A DNA stretch of 64,000 nt, from positions 124,001-188,000 of the forward strand of contig JAQGDQ010000178.1 of the NCBI GenBank assembly GCA_030141605.1, given 5' to 3'. The notes under the pieces were generated by a model. That model did not search any database and had not been told where the DNA came from. It was given only the letters and a program-made list of their open reading frames with translations. Positions within the stretch are counted from its first letter, which is position 1, and each line of letters begins with the position of its first letter. The translations under genes and the position numbers were made by a program. Positions 14,323-29,064 of this stretch are shown one piece after another. Source of the DNA: Tubiluchus corallicola (taxonomy: Eukaryota; Animalia; Priapulida).

Positions 14323-17300
14323 AACTGGAAGATGTATCATGTTTCTTTCATGCTCTATACTTCAATGGATCGCCATAAGCAGCCGAAACTCGACTCTCAA
14401 GTTCCTCCTGATGACTCCAAAAACCTGTATTAGTATTTGTTTTTTGTCTTCCTTACTCCTTTCATAACATATTACTTAAGAAATGTTATAACTATACGTA
14501 TACAAAGTTTCTCTCCATTAATACAAACTATTTTATCATTATAATTACACTCCAGCAAAAATGAGAATATAATCACCTCTCAAAAATCTAAAACAATAAT
14601 ATGTAAACCTACTCCCATGACCTTCTTTCTCCAAACTGTCCTGTTCTTACTGACCTACCTAACTTTTCCTTTTTCACATTTATTACATAATTCTTTTCTC
14701 TCTAATACAAACTACTTGTACTAACAAATGCCAGGTGCCACTAGCTGGTCGGTCGCTGCTTAGCGATATGCTTCAGTACAACCTAAAGATATGTGCTTGC
14801 ACTTAGCATAACCTTTTGGTTATCGCATTTCCAGGACCAATTTTTACATTGGTTTTCATAATTGTGTTATAAAGGCAATAATAATTATCATTAAGCCTAG
14901 TGTAGGAGGAAACTTGTTGGCACACTGGCAGGACGGCTTATAGTTTCTTACTGAAATAGAATTAGAAGAACCTAATTGGTTTCTCTATGCATACTCTGGC
15001 TGTGTTACGAGAATATTAATATTAACGCTATTGCAGGCCAGTTCTGAAAATAAATGCAAATTTCTCGCATAGAAATAAGTCGCTGTAAATTTCTTTCAAC
15101 GCGTAAGGGTCAAGTCATTCTCGAGTTCTGTCCTCCTCGTGACCAAACTGACGCTAATAACAAGCATAGGACAATGTTTGAAAACACCCATGTAAACCTA
15201 ACCTAGGGGTCAAGTTTATTCTTAACTCTATTGTCTTTGGAAAGCAAATCTTTGGAATGATCGTTTTAGTAACATACGATTGAACCAATCATCTCTATGG
15301 GTTAAAAACGCGATTTTGTTTAACGAAGTCTTTAGTACCTGTTCACTAAAGTAAGGAAAATATACTACCCATTATAGGACCACCATGTAGTAGATTCTCC
15401 CCACGGGGTCAAGACCATTCTGAATAATGTAGTCCCGCTCGCTAATCAAATCATTGAAGGGCGATTATAAGGAGGTAATATTGTTTGCGTGATTAATAGC
15501 ATGTTTATATGCGATTGAGTGACCGCTTCTCTTGATGGATCGCTTGATGATGAAACATCGATCTGTCCAAGAAAGATTGGACTCTGGTCGCTGCAGGAGA
15601 TTTATCTAACAGACTTGTACAGATGCCAAAATCTGATTGTTCGTCTTAGTATGCAACAACTGGGTCACAAGTGTTTGCCATCATTATTCACACGGGTATA
15701 GAAACTTTCGTTTTTGTGATATTTTTTATCCCACAAGAATGGCGCCTATAAACGAAATAGTCTCCGGATCTTTGTTATTAATTGGACATTTTGGCACATC
15801 CTTTGGTGACTGACTCAGAAAAATGGAAAATTTTATAATAAAATATATCGTAATCAAATTACAAGTTTTGTAAAGAAGCGCTGAATACACTATAATTTAA
15901 TAATCACTTATTATTAATGTTATTAGTTATCAATAATTAGCAGTCTGTACCAAAAAAATAAATAAATCTTTGACATTGAAGTTAGATTTTGAAAATCTTT
16001 GTTTTAAATATATTTCTACTATTTTTTGCATTTGTTTTTAAATATCATTTGCGTGTTATTGGTGCATCTCATTTCATTTTGCACACCGAATAATAATGCG
16101 CATCAATAACTATAAGAATTTATTGCCACATGCTCAGAAGTTCGTACGACATGGTTTTGAGTTTGACTGTTAAGTCTTTAACTGTACTCCTCACTCACAA
16201 AAAGTGGCTCCAAAATATTTGGTTCTAATATGAAATGGCATCCAAGAAGCAATCTTGTTTTAGTCTAATAATATTCGGCCTAATGGCGAGTTTATTTTAC
16301 AGTTAGCAGTGACTGCTTATATCAGAATAGATTGAGATAGAGTAGGCGGAAAATGGAAACCGAGGGTACGAACATCACGTGACTATTGCAGTGAGCAAAA
16401 TTGTGAAATCTTGACATGTGCTACGGGCTTTCTTGCACTTAGTATTTTCTCCTGATTTGGCATGCGAAGGCCCCCTGCGTCAGCATTCGAAGAGCCCCCT
16501 GAGTAATGCTAAAAATTACGGTTTTATAATCCATTTACACGCACTTAATTGACTTTAGGTAGGCTTGCATTTGCAGTTGTGCAGACTTGATCTTGTTATA
16601 GATCAGGAAATGCAGAGAAGTTGATTTGAAGATTCCGCATATTGGTTAAGAAAAGTGTAACGGCTCCTACACTCTCACTTTTCCTGAGTTTTCCCTTACT
16701 TAATCACATTTTAATATCGTGGAAAATCGGGTTTGCCATTTGCTTTAGTATTTATTTGTTATATAAGGAACTAAGAGAAAAATTTTTAAATCACTTTAGA
16801 CAAAAACCAATCACTGCATGATTTTTGGTAGCATTTCTTAAGTCACTAGTTCTCACTCTTGTAGGACAATAAAACAAGAAAAATGAACAACAATGGCATA
16901 GATTCAATCTCAAAAAAGTCTACGTCCGATTTTCTTAATTTAGTAAGATGACTTGGACTGAAGTCGAACCGCATGTTCAAGTGGTTCCCGTCCCACACAT
17001 AAGATGTTGTGTGAGTACGCTCAAGACAACAGTGGTCACAGGACAAGTATGGTGACGCCTACAGGGACAGATGAATTTATCGAAACGGATAGGTAGTTAA
17101 AATTAATTAGCTTAAAAAGTAAGGAAATATGAGTTATTATCGGCTTTATATAATTAATAAGTTAAGTTGTGGTTGGGTTGCAAAGTCGAACAGTCGTAAA
17201 TTTCATAGGTCGTAAGTCGACATACTATTTACCTATATTGCAAATTAGATTCATTTATACAAAACTATTACTGTTTTCGTTAGTCAGTCAAATAGTTTTT

Positions 17301-17763
17301 GTGAAAACAATAATTAGTCATGCAGCTTTAGTGCTGCCTAATCTTTAGCGCTCCCCCTTAGGTATTGTACGTGCTCTAGTGCTGCCTTCTGTCTGTTGCT
17401 GAGTGTCGACCCGTAAGCTGAGTAACTAAATCAGTTGAATGACTTTTGCAATCTCAGCACTTTCACTAATCAGATCAGTTACAGTTGGAAGATTCCTGAA
17501 CGAAAAAGACCTGCATCTGCAACGTCTTGACCACGATAACCCGCCAAGAAACCTGGCTTCCTTGCTGGCTTATTTTCGCCGAAGTTTACCACATTATTCC
17601 CACAGTGAGTGTGAGCTGGATTAGCTGGTCTTAACTCAATAGCAAATGTTTTAAACGTTGATAAGCTAGAATTTAATAAGCCTGGCGGTTTCTGCATACA
17701 AGACAATTAATCTAATGGTCAGTGAAAGAGAATTTGCTTATTCATTTATTTTTGGGTACGTCC

Positions 17764-17982
17764 TTTGCAGGACAGAGGGCCATTTCTTAAATGCGGAGTG
17801 GGTTCATGTTTTGCAGGACAAATGGTCATGTCTTAAATACAGTGTGGGTTCGCTTTTTGCAGAACAGAGGGTCATTTCTTAAATACAGTCTGATTTCGTA
17901 ATTTGTTTGACAGATGGTCATTTCTTAAATACATTGTGATTTTGTCCATTGTTTGACAGAGGGTCATTTCATAAATACAGTG
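17764..17982. repeat. 46-bp minisatellite, ~5 diverged copies
   Basis: Unit ~TTTGCAGGACAGAGGGTCATTTCTTAAATACAGTGTGGGTTCGTNT. Confidence 0.88.
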
Positions 17983-18205
17983 CATTGTACATGATATTCG
18001 CTGTACGATTTTTTAAATATTAACAAATCAAATGGTGATTTATGATTTGTATGCAAAAATTCTAAATACTACAAAACGAAGAAAAGTAGTAATTACAATA
18101 TGAACAAAGCAGCTTAAAATTAGAACAGTGCTTTAAAATATATACAAGTAAGGCTATAGTTCTTATTGACTCATAAGTGAAGGAAAACGATACTGAAAAA
18201 TTGTG

Positions 18206-18273
18206 AGCCAACCAGTATTTGAACTCAAAACCTTGTGATTACAAGCGCCCGTTCTATCATTTAAGTTACTGGC
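18206..18273 (-). mobile_element. tRNA-derived SINE head (decayed)
   Basis: Minus strand: A-box-like TAACTTAAATGATAGA, loop CTTGTAA, B-box GAGTTCAAATAC; stems do not pair as in a functional tRNA. Confidence 0.55.
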
Positions 18274-21200
18274 ACAATATAGCAAAGTTGGTTTGAATTC
18301 TTATTCCAATCCTATGGTTGAGAATTCAGACCTGCCAAGTTATGATTGAAAACCACTCAGAATCGATTCTTTTATTCAGATCTACTCTGTTAAAAATCTG
18401 TGTCTAATTAATTTTAGAAATCAGATCAACGAGATCTACATCACGATGCTTTGGCGGCTCTTGTGATCAGGGAATCCCACAAAACTAAATATGAGTTTCA
18501 GGCAGAATGACCAGTTGACCAGACTTGTAATAAAGTGCTAAAATGTGTTCTGCAAACATCACCTAATCAGTCTTGTTCATAACATTAGGTATCGAGAACA
18601 GTAATCGTTGTAGTTGTAACTACCGATGTCACTACAATTAACAACCACCGACTCAGTGTTTTGAGAAGGTCATGAATTCAGTTTCAAAACTGGATGACTT
18701 TATATCCTTTGCCAGTTTAAAAATAATATTTTATAAATGCCATGTTTACATGTGTCTGTAAAGAAAAAAGTTTTGTCTCGAGACATAATGGTGTTAAGAT
18801 TAATAAGACGTCTATAATAGACATTGAAGTTTGAGAACTGAATGAGTCAATCGTTACTTTTTCTGTGCATGTCAAGAGATTTATCTCTTTCTCTTCTTCT
18901 TCGTTTATATTGCACTTCTTGTATCACACCATCCACGATTTCTTTGGCAATATACCAAAACTTTCTTGCCCCTCCATTTAACTGCTCTACCATTTGTTCA
19001 CGAATCCACTCCACACATAAAAGCATGCATTGTTTGTTACGGCAGTTTTATTATCTTATACACTCTTCCTGCCAAATCTCAATTGATCATTGAGTCCATT
19101 TCTTGGCTTTCGCTACTTTTCTGTAGACTTGCCGATCTGCTCCAAGCAGATAAGGTAGGATTCATACTGAATCCTTGGATCTCTCATTCAAACCAAATAA
19201 CTTTCGTTGATGTGGCAGTGACCACTTTATATTGCAATTCTTAATCTAACTGGGATAGTTCAGTTAAAGTTCGCAAGCAAGTTAGATGCACATACCTACA
19301 GTTCATTTTCAAACTATGTAAGGTTACATTCGCCTGCAGTTTGAATTTCTTTAATTCTTTATCATATTTTATTCATGCTTCTTCTGTTAATTAGTTCAAT
19401 GGAATACAGACATACTAGGTTATAATATAAGAAGAGATGAGATATTATAGTAGGGTGTAATCTAATAATCAATAAGACATTATAATAGGGTGTAATATCA
19501 ATGTGAATTCATGCAATGATATTGTAGCAAGACATCTGAATATTAGATTAAGTTAGAATGAACGCAAATACTGCAGAAAAAATAGTTTATTTCTACAAGA
19601 AAAAGCCCATACATAAGCTTTGCTACAGCTACGTAGTGAACTGGTACTTGCTAGCCACATAGCTAAAAGCTGCTCATATTTTAGAGTAAAAATGTTTTCC
19701 TGCAAACATAAAATCGTTTTTTTCTGAAGCTATAGTGCTAAAATTCATTCCAAGACATTCAATTGATACACTAGCTTACAAACTTAAAATTTGGTGTATG
19801 CAACAAAAAATAGTTTTGCGATTAAGTTCACGACCATATTTGAAGCCCTTTAATTCAGTTTTTCTCAAATTACTCTGGGATTCTTTCTTTGCTTTATCGT
19901 TTTCTGTTAAACGCGACGTTCCTTTCTCTAACTTTCATTTGCATTGACTTTTGGGGCTTTAAAGACATAATCATTAATCATTTGAATCTTATTGCTGAAG
20001 AAAGTGTGATGCTTATGTGGCACCCTTGAGAACAAATTGAAAATGATGCTCAAAGCAGATCTACTTAAGCTCATGAACGTTCTAACAAACTTCTAAAAAT
20101 AATTAAGTATGTCTAACGCTGTATTGAGTGACATAATTTAGTAACAGTAGCAACCAGTAACATTTAGTTTGCAAATACATTACCTATTGTTGTACATATG
20201 GAGTTTACGGTAACATGTCGCTGTTCTGAGATCTAATTCATTGGCAAATAAATAGTAGCTAGCATGTTCCCTTGGCAAAATAACCCACAATGAGACCCTT
20301 GCAAGGTATCGTAAAAAAACCAAGTGTTTAGGTGCTGAAAGTTTGATGCTCTACTTGTTATACAACAGCGTGTGATCAAGTTTTGTTATCTTACCTGTCA
20401 GACCAGGTTAAAAATGACTAAACCTTTTTATTAATGTCTTATACTGTACACAATACAACACTACAACACTTTAGTTATAGCTATGCTCGAGAACGTCGCC
20501 CTCTCAGACAAAAGCATGAGCTGCCAAATCTACTACCGGCTTTCTCTGCTGACTTCTTTTCTTTTCTTAGCTAGTAAGCAGACGGCACTTACTCTAAATG
20601 CACATTAAGCCTATTTTATCCAGGTTCCATTCTCGGCGGAATAATACATAATAATACAGTATAAATATTGCTACATTGATCGCCAATGGAGTGCAATCGT
20701 AACTTCGATCCATGGGAGTCGATATTAGATGGTAAATATTTTCACTTACTGTTCACTCTAAAGCGGCAAAGGCGCAGCTAAGGCAACAGACCAATAACTG
20801 TTCTTCGCCATAAATGTTATGTCACTGTGTTTAACACACTATTTAGGGAATAAAAGAATTTAACAGACAGTTAAGAAAAGCCTAACATTACCACGAAAGC
20901 AAATTGACAGAATTTGATGTCCCATGCTATAATTACTGGTACTAGATCAGGCCCATGTAATGTGTAATTTAGAATTAACGTGTCAATATTAAGCAGAAAC
21001 TTACCATTAAGCTGCGGCAGTAGCACGACATTATCATTCAGCGATGATTCACCCTCTTAAGAGAACAACTTGAGTAGAAAGGAAGACAAATTAAGACGCT
21101 AGCATGCTGTAAATGTTTTTGCGATAAATTTTAAATTTTCGAATTAAAACTTGTCTTGTTAAAAAGCACGACAAGTGACAGTTTGAGAGAGACTTATTTT

Positions 21201-21395
21201 TTATATAGAAAGTAGCTAAGTAATCTCTAAGTTTTGTCAGGCGAGTTTAGTGGTCTCTAATTAATGCAAAAAAAAGATTAAATAAAAATTAAGAATTACT
21301 TTAGCATTAACTTAAATCGTGTGTTCAGAATGGAAGTTTATCGCATTTCTTTCTTACTGTACTTAAGGTAGTACTGGTGAAAATGTTCAACGAAT

Positions 21396-21630
<235 letters not shown>

Positions 21631-22572
21631 ATATTGTGTAATTTTAGCGTTTTGGTACACAGGTGTCATTTATAAACTTAGAACCACGAGATTTGCTAAC
21701 ATCGTTACCATTTAAGTTATTGATCCAATTTAATAGCATATTATTAAATTGTCAGTTTTTAATTTTTTATTTATTTTTACTATTCGTTCGTACTGAGCTA
21801 AGAATGTATATCATAGTGCTTTGCATGTATCAGGACTACTTTTGTATGAGACTGACGATTCTTTTGTCTCAGAGCAGCTGCAGGCTCTTTTTTAATCAGT
21901 TTTTAAACAAGACGTGTAGATGAGCCGGCATTCTTACTCTCCTGTGCAAGTTTTTCGGAAATAGTTGCAGTATGAAAAATTACAACTGTCTTGAAATCGC
22001 GAGACACTTGAAAAATGAGCCGTGATTGAATTTATTTATTCCAAAATGATTGTCTGACGTCTCTTTTTGAAACCCTGTTTTAATGGTATTTGAATTAAGT
22101 TGTAAAGGTTTTGGTGCATGTATCAAAAACTTTGGCTCAATTGCATTACATTATATACTGTCTCTCTCATATCAATTTAATGCTTACTGTAATGCATGTC
22201 TACCTGGAGACATTTTAATAATTGTAATATCTTAAAACTCAAAATTGCGCACAATGTGTCAAAAAGATTATTTTTTGGATATGCATATGATTACAGTGGA
22301 AAATCTGTCTTAAGTTTAATGAAAAGATTTGATTCAAGTTATAATTGAATGTGCCAGAAAATTTTAGTAAGGGACGCTAAATTTACATCGCACATAAGGC
22401 AGCAATGATGGAGACTATTATTGAAATTTTCATGTTTATCTAACTTTGTTTGTGTGTTTTGTTTGTATTGGTTTTTGTTTTTATGATGTTTTATGTTGTA
22501 TATATGTAAATTATAATACGAACTTATGTTTGAAATAAAGAATTAAACCATGTCAAATCAAATCTCTCTCTA

Positions 22573-22621
<49 letters not shown>

Positions 22622-23926
22622 TCCTCGTTGCCCATTTCTCTCTCCCCTCCTTTCTCCCCATCTCTCTATTTCTCTCTCTACATTTTTCTTCCTCACCGTT
22701 TCCATTTCTGCCTTTCTCTTTCTTAATACATTTTATTAGTCATACAAGCAGCTAAAAGTGCTACAAGTACCTACAAGAATTATCAATGTGTACAGGCGTA
22801 TACTGCATTTTATTTAAAGAAATGCACACACTTCGAAATTTTGATGTAACGTTTTAGTTATGCACTTTCATTCAGAACATTAAGAAGAAAATGTGATAAA
22901 ATATCATTTTTCTCACTGATTTCGCCAGTGTTGTTGCATATTTTTATATAACTCTTACAGTCAAGTAATTATTGTTTCTGTGAGAAAAATACAAATGAAG
23001 CATGTGCTGCCACCTATTGACAATAACAGTATTGCAGTCTCTGGGGGAATAACTTTAAACTAGTCTATTTATGAGTGCAGTTGAATAGTGAAACGTTCTA
23101 CATTAGTTTCAGTTGATTAAAACATCAGAACCCTTTCATTGCTTAGACACAAAAACACGAGAAGGGAGAAACAGGCATTTAGTTTGTTTATTTAAATCAG
23201 AAATCGATTCGTACTTCGTTTGCAAATTGTCTGGCTGCTTCAATACAGTTTTTGTCAACCGTTCGCTTTTTGACAATTGGCAACAGGCGTATCAAGCAAA
23301 GGGCGCAAACAGAGTTAGTAAAATACAAATTTCACTCTGTTACAGTAACTGGTTCCTAATTTCGACACCCCATCGAGTTTCTGAATATCCTCTGACGTGT
23401 TTTTCAGAACTAAGTCCAGGAGTGCTTTGCATATTCAAGAAAAACGGCCACGTTTACCGAAGCGTTCGTATTTTACCTAAGCCATTTTGCGTACGCCCCT
23501 TATTCACTTTCCTGAATTGAACTGATTTTCCGTTTTGCATAGAATGAATCGTTTGAGGCAGAACCAAAAATGATAAAGAACTCGCGGCAGAATAGCTGGA
23601 CAACCAGTTTAACCAAGGAACACCAGGATAGCGTTTATCCTGTGTTTGGCTTATTTAATATATTTGCTAATTTACTCGACTTGATGATTTCGTTTTTCTT
23701 TTCACACGATAATTTGCCAGCAAGAGAGTCTCCAGTCACCCTTTCTGATGGTGCGTCCGCCCACTATCCCTCGCCATGAAGCTGAGTTGGCATAGAGTCA
23801 AGTGGAAGATAAATATTCCAGGTTTTTCCCTAGTAATTTTTCTGGAGCAGTAAGATTGAGACCGAGTTGAGACAACAACCACAGTTTATTGATGCATCTT
23901 TACGTTGTACTATTTTGTTTTAAGCG

Positions 23927-24123
23927 CTGTTGGTGTTATTGTTGCTGTTGTTGTTGTTGTTGTTGTTCCTGTTGTTGCTGTTGCTGCTGTTGTTGTTGTT
24001 GTTGATGATGTTGCTGTTATTGTTGTCGTTGTTGTCGTTGTTGTTGTTCCTGTTGCTACTGTTGTTGTTGTTGTTGTTGTCGGTGTTGCTGTTGCTGCAG
24101 CCGTCATTGTCGTCGTCGTCGTT
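23927..24123. repeat. Imperfect (GTT)n microsatellite
   Basis: Directly visible. Confidence 0.95.
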
Positions 24124-24546
24124 AAATAGTGTTTAATATGGCTTTCCTCGTTTATATTTCGTTTAATTAGCTCTGTTTAGTTTAGTTGTTTCGTTTCGCT
24201 TCACCTTTTTGCTTAACTTTGTTTGTTTGTATTATATTAAATTTATTTTAGTCTTGCCTGACTTTTTACTTTGCTTTGATGTAGGTTTATCTTTCTTATT
24301 TCATTTTACATTTCTGTGGTAGAGAACCCTGTAGGCTGTTTAGCGCGCTCACGTATCTCTTAATTTTTCATAGTTGCAGTACAATAATTGACCATAATCA
24401 TAATCATTTCGTAATTGCTGTAACAAGACCCTAGATTCTTGGCTAGTAAGTATTAGTTCCTTTTCCTCCTCATGACAACCTTTCACAAATTACTGTTAGT
24501 AAGAATCATCAATACTTGCAGTACTTGATAATTGGCAATCAGATGT

Positions 24547-24568
24547 TTATTATTATTATTATTGTTCA

Positions 24569-24665
<97 letters not shown>
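24547..24665. repeat. (TTA)n microsatellite
   Basis: Directly visible. Confidence 0.96.
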
Positions 24666-25164
24666 GTTGTTGTTTCTCCAATTTCGAAAACTTAATTACA
24701 AAAAATTAAAACAGTTAGAGTCACGAAACTCGCAGGGTAGACAAATGGGGTAAGGGGACTGGCAGTGGTATGGTGACGATGAAGGCGTCGTCATCGTCAT
24801 CTGTTCTTGAATCAGAGGGCCAAGAACACTGAACAATGGTCAGTTTTTCGATTATTACTCATTTTATTTGTATCTATATATTGTATTTTATGTACGGTAT
24901 TAGATTTCAACAGTTGGTTAATATAAAATAGTTTTATTCTAATCTATTCTATTTCCGTCCCGTTCTGTCCTATTTTCATTTCCATTCCTTTCCATTCTTT
25001 ACCATTCCATTCAATTCTGTACTATTCCACAATGTTCTGTTCTATTCCTTTCTAATCAACAACATCGCTGATGGCTTAAAAATAATTGTAAAAATAATCT
25101 CTGGAACCTAAAAGTGTAATGCTTAAAAGTTTCATCATTTAATTCAGCAGCACATTGGGCTGGT

Positions 25165-25639
25165 GGGCTTCAGCTGCCTGATCATCCGCAACTAATCCAT
25201 GGCTTCATGAGAAGTTATTATGACGGTATCAAATTCATTATTAGATTAAAGAGTTGGCAAAATAAAGTTTGCGGAGAGTTAGAAACGGATTTCAGACCTC
25301 ATCGGAAGAGGTGGATCCAGGCTAAGAAGTTAAGTGTTTTTATTTTGCGTCATACGAGTAGCTCTGTACGACAGAAAGTGATCGTTTTCACAAGTATTTT
25401 ATTATTTCTTTTGTTATAGCAGCTTATCTTGCTCAAATGATTGGAGAATGTTCGCAAGGAATTTGGTGCTGCACGAGTGCACGTGACTGGCCGCTATTCA
25501 TTTCCCGCGCTTTGTCGCGCGAGATCACGCGAGATTCGCATTTCCTGGTGATTAAAAGAGAAGCCCATTCTTGCCGAGAGATAACGAAATGGAAAAGTTC
25601 TTGAACGATTTTCGATTTCCTGGCTCAGTGAAAGCCCCA
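25165..25639. mobile_element. Putative non-autonomous DNA transposon
   Basis: 8-bp direct repeat GGGCTGGT at 25157-25164 and 25640-25647; imperfect TIRs GGGCTTCAGCTG / CAGTGAAAGCCCC; CpG-rich core near 25470-25540. Confidence 0.5.
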
Positions 25640-25799
25640 GGGCTGGTAAAATGAGTATACATAGAGTTGTACAAGAATGTTAAAGTGTATATGCTTATCG
25701 GATATAACAAAAGGACCGTTGTTAACTATGTCGCACTAGCTTTCATGTACACTGTGATAGACCAGAATCCATCGCATGATGCTTTGCACTTTACATAAC

Positions 25800-26170
25800 A
25801 GCATTACACTACATGCAGTCTGCACCACACCACACCACGCTATACCACACACTACACTACACTGTACTAAACTACGCTGTGTACACTGCGCTGCCCATAC
25901 TACAACTACACAACACCAACGTTTCACTGAGCTCCAGATTAGATGCGAAACACACTATGTGACACTACGCCACACGACTCTGCACCGCACATCACTCTAG
26001 GCAACACCCACACCATACAACACCTCAACACACCACACCACACTAAACTGCATTGCAGGGCACCATGCAACATCGCACCTAACCACATACTACACCATAC
26101 CACCCCACACCAAATTACACCATTCACACCAGACACCACTTCACATTACACCCACCACATCACACCAAAT
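25800..26170. repeat. Degenerate pentanucleotide (CACAC/CACTA) repeat
   Basis: Visible 5-bp periodicity; similar tract at ~9900-10110. Confidence 0.85.
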
Positions 26171-27739
26171 CACCCCATAATCGCGTATCACGTCCGACTG
26201 AAATCAGACCGGAGTCTTCGTCATAAATATAAAATTTGATATATTTTAGCTCTATATTTATTTTATAACGATGCTAAAGTTGACAACTAATCGCTTTGAT
26301 CGTCTTCGTTTTTAGATTTTGATTTCAGGTATAATCTCAGGTAAATTTCAATTTTTCAGTAAATGTCAGTTATAGGTAATGATGGCAGCAAAGAAAGGTA
26401 GAAATTTTACAATAAAAACTGTCATTAATTACATGGGCTTTTTTCTAGAACAGCATTTGTCTGACAATTTACTTTAACTATCAAAATAGTTAACTTTTTT
26501 CAACGCTTCTTTACGTTTCACACCTTTTTGAGTTTATTGTGAAACAAGAAATTACAATTATGCTTTGTAATTTGCAAGAAACATAGTAATCCAGGCTATA
26601 AACGGGCTAAACACAACGAGATCACAACTTTGCTCATTTAAAAGAGGTGACTGCGTCTCCGAAAGGCCTCTGACCTTGACACCTTTCTCATGTTATGATG
26701 AACTACAACGTGAGCTAAGGTCTGTGCAAATCACGCCATTGTTTCTTCAATAAACAACCTCAAGAGGGCGGGCGATGCCACGATAGTTTCAGCAGGCAAA
26801 TGACTCAATAGCAAAACATGAAAGCAAAAGCAGGAAAGTAGATATAAAGGTAATATTTGGTTAATTCACAGTTGTTTGAAGATCATGATGTTTGAAATGT
26901 TCACGTGTTCAGCAATAATCATGTCAGTAATATATCAGGCTTCCAAAAGCTAATCATTATAATGACAAGAAAGTGCAAGGTCAACAAGATAAACAATCCA
27001 GGTATTTTTCTTAAATTAGCAAAACCCCTTCTTTTGCAGCAGTGCATGGAAGCATAATAAAATAGCAAACTTTTTACATTCTTTATAACAGGAACAGTAC
27101 CAGTTTGATGAATAACACACTAGAACAAAGTTTATAACATTTTTATTAAGAAAATCAAAATTTCCACTATCGCGTAATGACTTAAATATGACTGCTAGTG
27201 AGCAGTGGAAACGTTGATTTTCTTAACAAAAATGTTACAAAGTTTGTAATACAGTGGGTTATTTATCAAGTATAATAGTGTTGCTAGCAAAAGTGTGAAA
27301 TGTTTCGGGCACTTTACAACGTGTGAGTGCTATTGTTAAACCATAAAAGTATGCGCTTGTAATTATCCTTTGTATTTTAAAAATCGATACATAGTTTTCT
27401 AAGTCGTGCGGTGATTCTAATATCAGGACGCAACTTCATACATGGCTGAGAAGATTTGTTAAAAAATGATTTTAAATTGACCATCATAATTTCTTCAAGT
27501 TCGCTGAAAACCAAGTCTTTTCTATGTCGATTACGTAACGAACATACACTAAAAACTGTTGTGATTTTTACCAAAGGTTAGTCGCCTGATTTGTTGTAAA
27601 TTGCATGAGTTTCATGAGATGTAATCCCGTTTCTAGTCGTTACGGTAAATCGTATTTAACGGCTTCCGGGAAAATGACCGTGAATGGGGAAGCTTTGTCT
27701 AACAACAAACTAGCAAACAAAGATTTTAGAGCGCAGAGC

Positions 27740-27871
<132 letters not shown>

Positions 27872-28305
27872 AGGCGCAGATTTCTCCTAATTTCTGAGGA
27901 GCAAAACTTATTGAACTGGATCAGTAGCGATGAAAACCTAATCACCTTGTAAGAAATCTAAAAGAACAAATGCAAAAAGCAGCACCTCGGGATAATGAGA
28001 TTTTTTGCTCTTTTTTGGCGAACACTGCAAATTATTGCCGTGATTTGTATGATTCTTGCAAGCTACAATAACTTTTTCCATGCAACGATAACGAAGAAAA
28101 ATCTTTCTCCAAATAATCTTGTGTATTTATCTAGCTCAGTAAGATAAACGAATATGAAGCCAATTTTGCTAAAAAGCCCGTAACCCAAATGCAACTTTCG
28201 TGCTGATTTGTAACATGAATGGAGCGTTTACTAGTCCTATTCAAGAACACATCATTCCTATTTTTTGAGAGCTGTTTCCTGTTTCAATGAAATGTGAAAT
28301 AACTT

Positions 28306-28361
<56 letters not shown>

Positions 28362-28564
28362 CCTTTACATTTTCTTTCTCTGTTCGTCTCATTCACACAA
28401 TCATAATTCCTATTTTGTCACAAGTGGGCTCCGTTTCTTTTTCCTTTTTGCTTTTTTCTGTCCTCATCTCCCCATTTTCCTCTTCCTTGTGGTTCTGGTA
28501 TTTCTCTTATCTTTACCTTTCTTTGGAAGAATCGAACATGGAACAAATTACTTTCATTAGGTAT

Positions 28565-29064
<500 letters not shown>

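Noticed and set aside
13493-17982. 77-bp and 46-bp repeats as CRISPR-like arrays
   Set aside because: Head-to-tail units without unique spacers, no cas genes, eukaryotic context
18840-19250. Coding-like minus-strand stretch (..VEWIREQMVEQLNGGARKFWYIAKEIVDG..)
   Set aside because: Short, interrupted by stops, and no family recognised
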